A stretch of DNA of 64,000 nucleotides, from positions 46,062 to 110,061 of the IMG/VR virus record IMGVR_UViG_3300030333_002703; one strand, given 5' to 3'. A model generated the notes under the pieces. The model worked only from the letters and a program-made list of their open reading frames with translations. It ran no database searches and had not been told where the DNA came from. Shown here one piece after another: positions 32,652 to 42,115 of this stretch (position 1 is the stretch's first letter; every line of letters begins with the position of its first letter). Source of the DNA: a virus. A program made the position numbers and the translations under genes.

Positions 32652-32893
32652 CATCGTTCCTCCTCATGCGGTGACTTTGGCAACCATGTTTCTTCCATTG
32701 AGTCTAACTGTGCTACAATGTCAATCAATTTCTCAATGTAGACTACGGCATCCATTAGTTCTTCTTGTAGATGAACCAACCATTCCGATGGAGATAAGTC
32801 ACGGCGTTCCATTGACTTACCATACTTGTGCCATCCTTTGTCAGCACGTGCCTGTATCTTACGGCACACATCATCCTCAATCTGACTCATCAT
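32651..32893 (-). CDS. Small all-alpha protein, MazG-like/NTP pyrophosphatase-like
   Basis: KGWHKYG...RDLS..EWL.HLQEELMDAVVY pattern (EExxD). Confidence 0.55.
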   Translation of the reverse strand: MMSQIEDDVCRKIQARADKGWHKYGKSMERRDLSPSEWLVHLQEELMDAVVYIEKLIDIVAQLDSMEETWLPKSPHEEER

Positions 32894-33056
32894 CAAGACC
32901 CCAGATATCTTCGCCACCACGTTTGACGTGCGCCCTACGCACCTTGTCTTTGAACCATTCCCAAATGGTTGTCTGTCGTGTTGGCTTCGGCTGTTCTTCT
33001 TCAAGGGGTTCAAATGTCATACCCCATTCTTCCAATGTTGTTTGTCTTGTTGTCAT
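32877..33056 (-). CDS. 59-aa microprotein with two PIP-box-like motifs
   Basis: RQTTLEEW and RQTTIWEWF. SD GGAGGTG before ATG 33056. Confidence 0.65.
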   Translation of the reverse strand: MTTRQTTLEEWGMTFEPLEEEQPKPTRQTTIWEWFKDKVRRAHVKRGGEDIWGLDDESD

Positions 33057-33262
33057 TCTTGCACCTCCAGTGCTATTGTGTGTTGGCACACCGGACATCG
33101 TAGAATGTCCTTGCGCCCTTCGACTGTCATAGACTCCGGGTCTGTGTCCAATCGAACTTCAAGGCAGTATGCACGTTGCCATGCATCACACGCATTGTTG
33201 TTTGCTCCTGTGGGTAGATGCCCATACGGAGTCTCGCTTAATTCTCTTGATTTATTACTCAT
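33053..33262 (-). CDS. Small hypothetical protein (CPVC)
   Basis: Fills the gap after polB, ATGA-coupled downstream. Confidence 0.5.
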   Translation of the reverse strand: MSNKSRELSETPYGHLPTGANNNACDAWQRAYCLEVRLDTDPESMTVEGRKDILRCPVCQHTIALEVQE

Positions 33263-33267
33263 AATTT

Positions 33268-35541
33268 TCACCATAATTTCTTTGGTCTGTGCTTATCCAC
33301 CGCCATGCCGAGGTCCCAGTCAAGAACATCGAACACCAATTTTAATTTCTTACGCACTAACTTGTCTATAATTCCTTCGGTATCGAATGTGAATCCATCT
33401 AATTCTGATATGGACCTGCACCCGACAACCTTTGTGGCTGGCATCCCATGTGGCACATCGCTAACGTAGCACCACAATACACTGTCACCCTCTATGAATG
33501 GTTCATCGGGTTCCATGTACCAGTTGTAGTATCGTGCAGCCCTCGCATACCCACCGGCAGTGGTTGGGTAGTGTCGCTTCGGGCTATGTGATGAGGTCTC
33601 GGTGGCCTCAATCTGTTTGGATAGTCGCGTACTGTATGACAGTTCATCCAATGGAATCTCATTCTTGCGTATCTGATTCACCCATGAGCGCACAAACTGT
33701 GTGACATCTACTTCGGATGCACCATCGGCAACCAACATCAACACACCCTTCTGCAATTCACGAATGGCTTTGGGTGTGCTACTATGCTTCATCTCAAATC
33801 CTGATACCTTCAACTTACCCGCATCAGATTCAGGCCACTGTATGATTCCAGCGTATCTGTTCTTGACATCCCCACAGAACCAGTGTGGCATCCATGCTTC
33901 TGCTTCAGCAAACAGTTTGTAATTTCCAGTTTCGTGTTGGATAATGTCAGTCACAATCTGTGACACTTGTTCCATCTCATCCAATGGACATCGGATAAAC
34001 ACCGAGTCGGTGTGTCCGAATAGAACTTCATACCCCATCTCGTATGCGTGGTCACGTAGTGACCCAATAGCACGACGACCCTCGGATAAGATGGTGTCTG
34101 CAATGGCTAGGTCTGCCATGCCATGCCCCAATGATTCAGCGCACAGTCCATACAGCGAAGCCATCACACGCTTGACCGCCTTCTCCAGAATCCTGTCACC
34201 ACTGTCTTTCAATTTCTGTCGTTCCTCAAACAGATACTCAATGACGGATGGGAGGATGCCTTGTTCTTCTTGTTCCCAATGTGTTCCATTCAACATGGTA
34301 CGTGTAGTCTCACTGGGTTCATCCCTACGTGTAGTCCAACACAGATTGTTGCCCAACATGATTGATGGGTACAACCCCTTGAAATCTAACACGGCTACAC
34401 CATCATGCAAACCGGCTACCGGGTCCATGACATCAGCACCTTGTAGTTGTCCTTTCTCACGGCGTCGTGACCTGTCACGTGTGGGGAACTTGAGGTCTGT
34501 TCGACGGCACACTAGACCACGTGCGAAGTTGCCCACTTCAAACGTGGAAGTCAATGACACACCACAGAACCGAACCATGTTGGTGAAGAACTCGGTACAA
34601 TTGAGGAACATATCAATGTCATACATCAATCTAACGTCTTGCATACAGTAGTCAGTGAGCCGATAGAAATTATCATACCAATCATTCGACAAGTCCACAT
34701 CATCTTTACCACCCAATTCTAGGTGCTTACCGATGGCATCTAACTTGCGGGATGGGAACTGGCCGTTGCCACTATCCTTCCACACCCGTTCAAATCCTGA
34801 ACCGTCACTGGCCTTACACGCTGTGTCGAATACCCACCGCCCCTTGATGGGTTGGTCGTTGTATCTGTATCCGTCGTGACCATCCTTGACCTTGCGAACC
34901 TGACCCAATGGTGACAGTCGCTTGTAGTTCTTGAATCGTCTAACCATGTGCGGTATGTCAGCCCACATTGCTGCGTGGGCTATGAGCATATCAAAATCCA
35001 TATCCTCAATGTATTGGATGACGGCTTCATGCACCGCCTCCTCACTGGTATAGATGTGTAGTGTGTATCCATCACGTTGTTCAACTTCGTATTGGTTCTG
35101 ACCTTCACGCCATGCGAAGCAGACCTGTTCTTGTGTGAAGTTATCAATCGCTGCCCAGCATTGTGTGAAGTCGTTGTTGTCATCAGGGTTCCACTCGATG
35201 TCAAAGTAACACTTACGTGGAGTCCACGCTGGCATGGTAGGGTGATTGTCAATCAACCATCGGTCTGTGAAAGGCACGTCAGCCTCCCACGTCTTTGGAT
35301 ACTTGGCTCGCTCATCATACAATTCGTTGGGTGTGGTAAGTTCATGCTTTGTTAATGGGAAACGGTCTACTGCATACGCATGAACATGAGGATGCTTAAC
35401 ATCACATTCGCTATAGAAATAATGCCTAAACGTATGGTCAGTACCTTCAATCAACTCCCCATTGGGGTTGCGGTATCGCCAATAGATGGCTTCGCCTCTC
35501 TCCCCTCGCGGGTAGTATGAATCAACAAGCATGAGTATCAC
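33268..35541 (-). CDS. polB: Family B DNA polymerase
   Basis: Exo I FDIE, Exo III YCMQD, motif A DFKGLYPS, motif B KRVMASLYG, motif C FGHTDS, KNRYAG. Confidence 0.95.
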   Translation of the reverse strand: MILMLVDSYYPRGERGEAIYWRYRNPNGELIEGTDHTFRHYFYSECDVKHPHVHAYAVDRFPLTKHELTTPNELYDERAKYPKTWEADVPFTDRWLIDNHPTMPAWTPRKCYFDIEWNPDDNNDFTQCWAAIDNFTQEQVCFAWREGQNQYEVEQRDGYTLHIYTSEEAVHEAVIQYIEDMDFDMLIAHAAMWADIPHMVRRFKNYKRLSPLGQVRKVKDGHDGYRYNDQPIKGRWVFDTACKASDGSGFERVWKDSGNGQFPSRKLDAIGKHLELGGKDDVDLSNDWYDNFYRLTDYCMQDVRLMYDIDMFLNCTEFFTNMVRFCGVSLTSTFEVGNFARGLVCRRTDLKFPTRDRSRRREKGQLQGADVMDPVAGLHDGVAVLDFKGLYPSIMLGNNLCWTTRRDEPSETTRTMLNGTHWEQEEQGILPSVIEYLFEERQKLKDSGDRILEKAVKRVMASLYGLCAESLGHGMADLAIADTILSEGRRAIGSLRDHAYEMGYEVLFGHTDSVFIRCPLDEMEQVSQIVTDIIQHETGNYKLFAEAEAWMPHWFCGDVKNRYAGIIQWPESDAGKLKVSGFEMKHSSTPKAIRELQKGVLMLVADGASEVDVTQFVRSWVNQIRKNEIPLDELSYSTRLSKQIEATETSSHSPKRHYPTTAGGYARAARYYNWYMEPDEPFIEGDSVLWCYVSDVPHGMPATKVVGCRSISELDGFTFDTEGIIDKLVRKKLKLVFDVLDWDLGMAVDKHRPKKLW

Positions 35542-36314
35542 TCATCATCATTGTCTTGATTCACGACAACGAGAAGGCATTGCTTTTCCTTGTGGTTGAA
35601 TACCAACACCGAATCATCACCGTAGTAGATTTCAGCCGTGCCTGCTGGCAAGCACGATAGAACTTCAGGGAACCAAGGTCCGAACTGGGACTTTGTTACA
35701 TCGTCACACGCAACATCTTGCACGTGGAACTTGTGGAACATCTGACCACTGACTGTTGTACCAGTATGAATCACACCTTCCTTTGTATCAGGAACCACTG
35801 TGAATTGATACGGTTTGTCATTACCAACCACACTACCCAGTGCGGCGACCTGTGATAGGTCCTTGAGATTGACAACACCATACCCACCAAGTGGGGCATC
35901 ACCAAATGATTCCCAGTTGGATGCACCGGCATCGTTCACCAGTTTAGATGCCAATGCCAGTGACTGTGCTGAACGCACGGTGGATGTCGCTGGTAATGAA
36001 ATCGTACTGTTACCTGAAGTCAGTCGTAGTGGGCCGGTTCGTTTCTCGCTGATGTCCTGTTCCAACGTCACGCTATCATCCGTGCAAGCACGGAGGAACT
36101 TCAAGACCTTGGACAGGTCTGCGATAACAATACCGCCACCCGTTGATGTGGTGTTGGTATCCACGGACAGACTCTTCGTGATGAAGTGGGTGGCTAATGC
36201 CACACCACCCACCAACGATGAGTCCTTCACGTCTAACCGTAGGTCCTCAACGCCCGGTCCAAAACTGGACAGGAACGCTGACAAATCTGCTCGCTTCAAT
36301 GTTACTTGTGTCAT
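35538..36314 (-). CDS. Putative DNA sliding clamp (PCNA-like)
   Basis: ~258 aa with alternating helix/strand pattern (IADLSKVLKFLRACTDDSVTL), directly upstream of polB and near the clamp loader. Confidence 0.6.
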   Translation of the reverse strand: MTQVTLKRADLSAFLSSFGPGVEDLRLDVKDSSLVGGVALATHFITKSLSVDTNTTSTGGGIVIADLSKVLKFLRACTDDSVTLEQDISEKRTGPLRLTSGNSTISLPATSTVRSAQSLALASKLVNDAGASNWESFGDAPLGGYGVVNLKDLSQVAALGSVVGNDKPYQFTVVPDTKEGVIHTGTTVSGQMFHKFHVQDVACDDVTKSQFGPWFPEVLSCLPAGTAEIYYGDDSVLVFNHKEKQCLLVVVNQDNDDE

Positions 36315-36649
36315 GCTTTCAACTCCTTGTATGCTTCTCTCCATTTACGTTCATGCCGTCGCATCTGACTCAACTTGTAACGGTTAATTTCTGCTTGTCG
36401 TGAAGCCCAACCTTTGTCCCAATGTGGTCCTGCTCTTGGGGTATTGGGAATAAGTTCGGCAATCATCTGTTTGAGTTTGCCCATCGTTCCATATTTATTC
36501 AGCATTAGATTGTGCATGAACTGTGGGTATGGTGTACACGTAATGCAATCCTTTGCACCACAGTTGTGTTCCAAATTAGCATCTAGTATGGATGCCCACT
36601 TACCTTCCTTCACACCGAGTTGTTTGATGTCTATACAATCCAATGTCAT
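36311..36649 (-). CDS. Hypothetical protein
   Basis: Coupled ORF with a CxxxxCxxC cluster. Confidence 0.5.
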   Translation of the reverse strand: MTLDCIDIKQLGVKEGKWASILDANLEHNCGAKDCITCTPYPQFMHNLMLNKYGTMGKLKQMIAELIPNTPRAGPHWDKGWASRQAEINRYKLSQMRRHERKWREAYKELKA

Positions 36650-37626
36650 AGTGTCCCATCCCGTAGTTCGCTTAGGCCATACCATTCTGGGTCGCCGTCT
36701 TGTCTGGTGATAGCAATAACACGCTTCTTGTTCTGCAATTTGATGTTGGTTTTCTGTTTCCAGAACTCAACGGTGAACTCCGTCTTGCCTGTTTTCTTTC
36801 CATCATCATCTAGAACATTCTCACGGCGACACCATAGAATTTGATTCAGGTTGCCGTCAGTATTCTTCTCCCAGTCTGGTTTCCATGAACCCGTCTGTTC
36901 GTTGCGGAACACCTCGGCCTTGAGATGTGTCTCCCAATAGACCTCGACACCACGACTCATGAGTTCACGACAGATGGCAGTCAGTTGGTGGAACCGTGTG
37001 GAACGGATGCTCCAGTTCCATTGGTTGCCAACCAATCGGTTGGGGTCGGATGCTTCGATACCATCCTTTGCTTTGCCCAACTCAATGACTTTCATGTTCA
37101 CGATGCACACGTTATCCCACTGGTCAACTGCTGTCACAAGGAACTTCGCTAGGCGTGGTCCCTCATATCCTTCAGCGTTCTGTTTGATGGCTTCGTTAAC
37201 TGCCCACCGACCAATCTCCATCACTCTAGCATGAGTTGCGGGGTAGTCATATGTGGTACGGTCTTCGGTTGCCATTACCCAAGGGGATAGAACACGAATG
37301 TTCTTAGATTTGTCACGATGGTATGCCGACTTACAAGCCGACGCACCACCATCGAAATCAACGGCAAGGATGTAGTCACCATTGTCTATCTGCTCTTGGG
37401 TCAGACTGTCCATTACAATACCAGACTTGCCTGTCCCCTCAAAACCAACGACACCACAGAATACGTGGGAACCATGCGGGGTATCCCCAGCGGCTTCCAC
37501 TTCGCCACCGATGCCACCAGAGGTGGTGGGTGTTGCCACTACCACCTCCGGTGTAACTTCGATAGGTTTCTCGTCTGCGTCATCAACTTTGTTCTCTTCT
37601 TGTTTCACTGCGTTAAATCCGCTCAT
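36646..37626 (-). CDS. RecA-superfamily ATPase (RadA/Sak4-like recombination protein)
   Basis: Walker A GFEGTGKS, AVDFDGG, Walker B-like VTAVDQW. Adjacent to the SSB-like gene. Confidence 0.7.
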   Translation of the reverse strand: MSGFNAVKQEENKVDDADEKPIEVTPEVVVATPTTSGGIGGEVEAAGDTPHGSHVFCGVVGFEGTGKSGIVMDSLTQEQIDNGDYILAVDFDGGASACKSAYHRDKSKNIRVLSPWVMATEDRTTYDYPATHARVMEIGRWAVNEAIKQNAEGYEGPRLAKFLVTAVDQWDNVCIVNMKVIELGKAKDGIEASDPNRLVGNQWNWSIRSTRFHQLTAICRELMSRGVEVYWETHLKAEVFRNEQTGSWKPDWEKNTDGNLNQILWCRRENVLDDDGKKTGKTEFTVEFWKQKTNIKLQNKKRVIAITRQDGDPEWYGLSELRDGTL

Positions 37627-37637
37627 TATTTTTCACC

Positions 37638-38927
37638 TCAATCAAATTGTTCTGCGTTGGTGTCGCCACCTTCAGCCGCAGGTACTACGAACCGAGGGAC
37701 AGCGAACACACCAAACGCATTGACTTGTGGTACTTCACCACTGTCTGTAGCACGAACACCAAGACGACCAAACACCAGCACAGTTGAGCGCTCGGCGTAA
37801 GCCTTCCAGTTCCCACCATCATTGTATTCAAATGCATGGCCTTTCTCTTTCAAGTTGCCAGAGATACGCACGGATACTTCAGAACGTAGCCCACTGGGGT
37901 GTTCCTTCTGCAAGTCCCATGATGTTAGACGAAGGTTGTACACCTTGCCGGTTTCATCGTAGTCGTTGTCCCATCCTTCCTTGAAGAGAGATGTGACCTT
38001 ACCCTTAATGAGAACCAACGGGCCGACCGGATTGATACCCGGTACTTCCTTCATGTTTCGCTGGTAGTATTCAAGCAAGTCCGGTAGTGGAACGTGGTGC
38101 TTGTGGATGGCTGGATTGACACCAAACTTTTCCGGCGCAAGTTGCGCTCGCACATCAGTGTCTACAAAGTCATCTGTGTACACAATCTCGTTGGCCCAGT
38201 TGCGTGGGACTCGGAGAATGTCAGCGAAGTCTGGGTTCACATCTTCTCGGGTGTTCGGAATCACCTTGACTCGGCACGGCTTCCACATAGTGGGTGTCGC
38301 ATCAATGTCTGATGAATCGAATCGCCATAGTGTAACTTCATCACCGAAGTCTCCCTCGCTGTTACCGAGGAAGTAGTAGTAACGACTCTTCAATACGGGT
38401 CGAATCGGGTCGCCCTTTGAATCGTAGTTGCCGGTCTGAAGAATAGCAATGGGGCCGTTGCCGGTTTCCCATAGGAACCAAGGGTCCTCATCTTCAGGTT
38501 CTTCCGTGTCGTGTAGTCCATCTGCCTTGCGTAGATGCCATGTGCCATCTTGCTTTACACACTCGGCAACCAGTCCGGCTTCGACAGCCTTCCCCGGTTC
38601 CTCAAGGTATGCAGCAACGGCTTGGTCGCGTAGATTCTTGCGCTTGTCACGCCACTTACCATCTACACCGACCAACATACCGACATAGTTCACCGTCTCA
38701 AACGATGAACCTCCGCTGCGGCGTTGGACTACGAATCCTTCGCTGGCTTCAAGGAGGAAATCTTCATCCTCATCCTGCCAATTTTCAACAGCGAACTTGT
38801 CCGACAAAAACTGTACGAACTTCTGCTTTGCGTCATCAAGGGTGATGCCATTTGCATCAGCATATCCTTGTAGGCGTTCAACCACGCCTTCGGGCCATTC
38901 TTTTGTGTCCTTCTTTGGAAATTCCAT
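37638..38927 (-). CDS. Putative ssDNA-binding protein (RPA-like OB folds)
   Basis: OB-like strands IKGKVTSL...VLVFGRL, acidic C-terminus, located between RFC and the recombinase. Confidence 0.55.
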   Translation of the reverse strand: MEFPKKDTKEWPEGVVERLQGYADANGITLDDAKQKFVQFLSDKFAVENWQDEDEDFLLEASEGFVVQRRSGGSSFETVNYVGMLVGVDGKWRDKRKNLRDQAVAAYLEEPGKAVEAGLVAECVKQDGTWHLRKADGLHDTEEPEDEDPWFLWETGNGPIAILQTGNYDSKGDPIRPVLKSRYYYFLGNSEGDFGDEVTLWRFDSSDIDATPTMWKPCRVKVIPNTREDVNPDFADILRVPRNWANEIVYTDDFVDTDVRAQLAPEKFGVNPAIHKHHVPLPDLLEYYQRNMKEVPGINPVGPLVLIKGKVTSLFKEGWDNDYDETGKVYNLRLTSWDLQKEHPSGLRSEVSVRISGNLKEKGHAFEYNDGGNWKAYAERSTVLVFGRLGVRATDSGEVPQVNAFGVFAVPRFVVPAAEGGDTNAEQFD

Positions 38928-38929
38928 AT

Positions 38930-39880
38930 CTAGTTCACTCCTTTATTTTTTGTATCCTTTAGTTTCGCTACGAAGTAGTCGTAGTATGCATCATCCCCTG
39001 CGGGCCATGTATGCACACGTTCTACGAACTCCCCCCACGTTACCAAAAAGGAATAGTATTGGTCAGGCGTCAAGCCCAACGAATATACATTGTCTCTCAA
39101 TTGCTTCATCACATACAATCTTGGGAGACCTTTGGCTGCGACCTTTCGCAACTCGGTAGATAGTGATTGCCATTCACCCGCCGCAATTGATAGTGCGGGG
39201 TCAGCAAAGTCAGCCTGTTCAATCAACAGACGTTCTTCCAATGCTTCATCATTTTGAGGCAACGATTGTAAGATGTCTATTGCACTACGCAAGTCACCAT
39301 TACAGGTCTGATTTAGATGTTTGAAATGTTCATTCCAAGATTGTGGTAATGATTCTTGGTCAGATATGTAACAGAATAATTCATCTGCTGCATCGTCAGT
39401 TGCACGACTAAATCTATATGTCATACAACGTGACTTGAGTGCATCGGTAATGGCTGACTCATCATTGGCTGTTAGAATGAACAGCGTTTGGTCAGTGCAT
39501 TGCTCCATCGTATTTCTCATTGCTTCCTGCGCTTGCTTGGTCAGACCATCGGCCTCATCAAACAAGATTACTTTACGTGCTGTACCCATGCCGCCCTGTT
39601 GTGCAATCATCTTGACCTGATTCCTAACGAAATCTATTCCTCGGTCATCAGATGCATTGAATGTTACGTAATTGATGGGGTCGAACCATTCACCAAGCAT
39701 ATGTCGTGCCACTACACCGGCTGCTGTTGTCTTGCCAGTGCCGGGTGGCCCAACCAATAGTATGGCTGCTGGATATTCACCCCGTTCAATCCATTCCTCA
39801 CAATCAGCACGAAAATCTGGGCAACCAACCATTTCATCAATCGTGGTTGGCCGGTATCGTTCTCGCCATTGATTCGTCAT
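38930..39880 (-). CDS. rfcS: Replication factor C small subunit (clamp loader)
   Basis: WRERYRP, GPPGTGKTT, NASDDRGID, FDEAD, SRC, GDLR. Confidence 0.95.
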   Translation of the reverse strand: MTNQWRERYRPTTIDEMVGCPDFRADCEEWIERGEYPAAILLVGPPGTGKTTAAGVVARHMLGEWFDPINYVTFNASDDRGIDFVRNQVKMIAQQGGMGTARKVILFDEADGLTKQAQEAMRNTMEQCTDQTLFILTANDESAITDALKSRCMTYRFSRATDDAADELFCYISDQESLPQSWNEHFKHLNQTCNGDLRSAIDILQSLPQNDEALEERLLIEQADFADPALSIAAGEWQSLSTELRKVAAKGLPRLYVMKQLRDNVYSLGLTPDQYYSFLVTWGEFVERVHTWPAGDDAYYDYFVAKLKDTKNKGVN

Positions 39881-40268
39881 CATCAATGGTGATTATTGAG
39901 GAGGATATAAACGACCCATCATCAATTGCGGTCACTAAACGCAGCACGTCGTCGTGTTTCCACCGTCTGGGATACGATTTGAGGAGATGTTGCATTCGTT
40001 CCATTCCATCACGGTCATGTACCAATTCACGTATGGGCCATAACAAGTCTATGATTTGTTGTATGCCATCGTTGTTCTGTATGCGCCGTGTGGATATACC
40101 ATGCCGCGATTCCATCCATTGCATAAACAGTGGTTCGTTGCGCCGTGTGATAGTGACACCTCGGTTCACTTGGTATCCAATGGGTGTCTTTGGTGCGAAG
40201 TACACATAGATATGGAAACGTGCTTCGCGGGCTAACCAACCCAACATGATTGAATCTACGTTGTACAA
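39837..40268 (-). CDS. Single-motif LAGLIDADG-like DNA-binding protein/endonuclease
   Basis: N-terminal LGWLAREARFHI...GYQV...VTITR resembles the LAGLIDADG helix plus beta saddle. GGTGA SD before TTG. Confidence 0.5.
   Translation of the reverse strand: MYNVDSIMLGWLAREARFHIYVYFAPKTPIGYQVNRGVTITRRNEPLFMQWMESRHGISTRRIQNNDGIQQIIDLLWPIRELVHDRDGMERMQHLLKSYPRRWKHDDVLRLVTAIDDGSFISSSIITIDDDESMARTIPANHD
39880..39911 (-). promoter_or_regulatory. Conserved viral promoter, copy 2
   Basis: TCATCAATGGTGA-N7-GGAGGATATAAA, upstream of RFC. Confidence 0.8.
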
Positions 40269-40314
40269 ATAATATCACCATTCATCCATACCATTACACA
40301 TACTGTATTGCTTA

Positions 40315-40339
40315 ATATGATACTCAATACTATTGATAC
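40315..40339. repeat. 25-bp site, copy A
   Basis: ATATGATACTCAATACTATTGATAC, 22/25 identical to 63385-63409 and to the reverse complement of 63284-63308. Confidence 0.75.
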
Positions 40340-41715
40340 TACCCCATAATTGATAGCACTTCACTCAACTGTGCTGTGTCATTGAAACCTAGCCTACTAT
40401 CCAACCCAATAATTGTAGGGCTATCCAAATGATAGTTGCCGTCATGTATCTTGACACCCACTGCAGTAACCCATACGATTGCCCCTACATCATCCACAGA
40501 TACCCATCTACTATCTAGTCGTGGTGCTAGTCGTGGTGCATTTCGTATGTTCAATGCCACATCATCGGGACACATCATCTCTGCAATGTAGGTGGTAGTA
40601 TGTCCATCCAGTGCTGCTAATTTGATACGAATGTTACTACCACTCAATTGTAGATGTGTGATGAGTAGTGGTAACTTCAATGCCTGTTGTTGTAAGATGT
40701 ATCCCCCAATGAAATCATCATCATAGTATGGGGCATCGGCTAGCAGTCGCACGGTTTGGTCAGGTCTTACAGACCTAAGAACCTCTCGTAATTTCGCCAT
40801 TGTGTCAATTTGCCGCGCGGGTGAGGCCTTCATTACCTTATAATGCTCGGCCAAGTAAGATTGACGCGAAGTGTATGTTTCTTTCCACAATGCTTCGCTT
40901 CCATGTACTAGGACATCTGTGATTAGTACGGTTGCGGGGTCATAGTCATCAGAACACTCGATTTCAAAGATAGATGGAGTATGGTCACTTTCCCAAGATT
41001 GGACTAATTCACCAGACCTAGTAAATATGAGAGCATCACTACCTGTGTAGTGAAGGAATAACCGAGAACTACCTACTAGGTCAATATAGGTAGTTTCGTA
41101 AGGTAGCGCTACCTTGTTCCATCGAAGATATTTGGGAACAGGTACAATTGGCTCTCCGGGCCGCATTTCGCGTTTTACCGGCAAATCGCCTCTAACCGCT
41201 CTTTCGATAACTTCCAAAAATGGCAAATATGCGCTAGATTGGCGTAAAGTAGCAGTATCGTAAATTGTGAACTGTGCCAATGCACGTAGCATATGGCGTT
41301 TGCTGATTGGGGGTGATTCACCCAATGCAACCTGCCAGAACAGCGTGGCCTCGTCGTATGATAGAGAATCTACGATGTCGCCTAATTCGCGCTGGTACAG
41401 CGCGTCTAGATTGTGAAAAGCGTCATCAACCGACCAGTCACTATCATCGTTATCAGATAGCGATGCAATCAGTGGAACGATGGGTTGCCCATCAACAAGG
41501 GCAATCCATTCCTCTGCGTGTACTCCTAGATATGATGGGACACGAGATATGAACCAAGTGCCATTGATTCGTGGTTCATCATCGAACCACAACATGGCGG
41601 CTTCCATCCAGTCTTCATTTGACTGAATGAAGTCCTTGATGACATCGTATTTGATGTGCCATCTCTCGTCACTCCGTAGGAGTGTCGCTATTGCTGACGC
41701 CTTCCATAGTCGCAT
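40339..41715 (-). CDS. ATP-dependent DNA ligase-like protein with degenerate active site
   Basis: RLFLH...IFTRSG and TDVLVHG..L...Y..RQ.YL match the ligase adenylation domain, with a C-terminal OB-like region. No KxDG found. Confidence 0.65.
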   Translation of the reverse strand: MRLWKASAIATLLRSDERWHIKYDVIKDFIQSNEDWMEAAMLWFDDEPRINGTWFISRVPSYLGVHAEEWIALVDGQPIVPLIASLSDNDDSDWSVDDAFHNLDALYQRELGDIVDSLSYDEATLFWQVALGESPPISKRHMLRALAQFTIYDTATLRQSSAYLPFLEVIERAVRGDLPVKREMRPGEPIVPVPKYLRWNKVALPYETTYIDLVGSSRLFLHYTGSDALIFTRSGELVQSWESDHTPSIFEIECSDDYDPATVLITDVLVHGSEALWKETYTSRQSYLAEHYKVMKASPARQIDTMAKLREVLRSVRPDQTVRLLADAPYYDDDFIGGYILQQQALKLPLLITHLQLSGSNIRIKLAALDGHTTTYIAEMMCPDDVALNIRNAPRLAPRLDSRWVSVDDVGAIVWVTAVGVKIHDGNYHLDSPTIIGLDSRLGFNDTAQLSEVLSIMG

Positions 41716-42115
41716 CCTGCGGTCCTCTAAATGGGAGGTCTGCAGGGTCGCATATCAATACTTCGCATATCATCTTGGTATAGGGGTAACACCACTGGTG
41801 TGGTTCAGGTCTGGTTTTTTGACCAAACAGTTTGTCACTCAAATCTGATGTGGCGCGTCGTGAGATAGGTGCGCCTAGTGCATTGGCTGTAATGTAGAAA
41901 CATTCCACAGCCAACTTGTGCGGTGCGCGGTGTGTAGGGTTGGGTGGTTTGGAAATCTCATGGTGTAGTTCCATAGCCTTCTTGGCTATGAAATCTGCTC
42001 GCCCTTCGTCATCTACCATGTGGTGAACCATGTATCCAACTAGGTCATTGTAGGTATCAAATTTACCATACAGTTTGCGCCAATCGTAATCATCGTAGTG
42101 GTTGTAGTCACTCAT
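41669..42115 (-). CDS. Single cyclin-repeat TFB-like protein
   Basis: KKAMELHHEI...RAPHKLAVECFYITA...ISRRATSD aligns by eye with TFB repeat 2 AKAMEFVDEI...KGPVGIAASSIYIAG...RTQREVSE. Confidence 0.55.
   Translation of the reverse strand: MSDYNHYDDYDWRKLYGKFDTYNDLVGYMVHHMVDDEGRADFIAKKAMELHHEISKPPNPTHRAPHKLAVECFYITANALGAPISRRATSDLSDKLFGQKTRPEPHQWCYPYTKMICEVLICDPADLPFRGPQDATMEGVSNSDTPTE

Noticed and set aside
40339-40356. LSIMG at the ligase-like C-terminus as another SIMDL tag
   Set aside because: Only three residues match and the acidic and hydrophobic positions are missing, so it was not counted.
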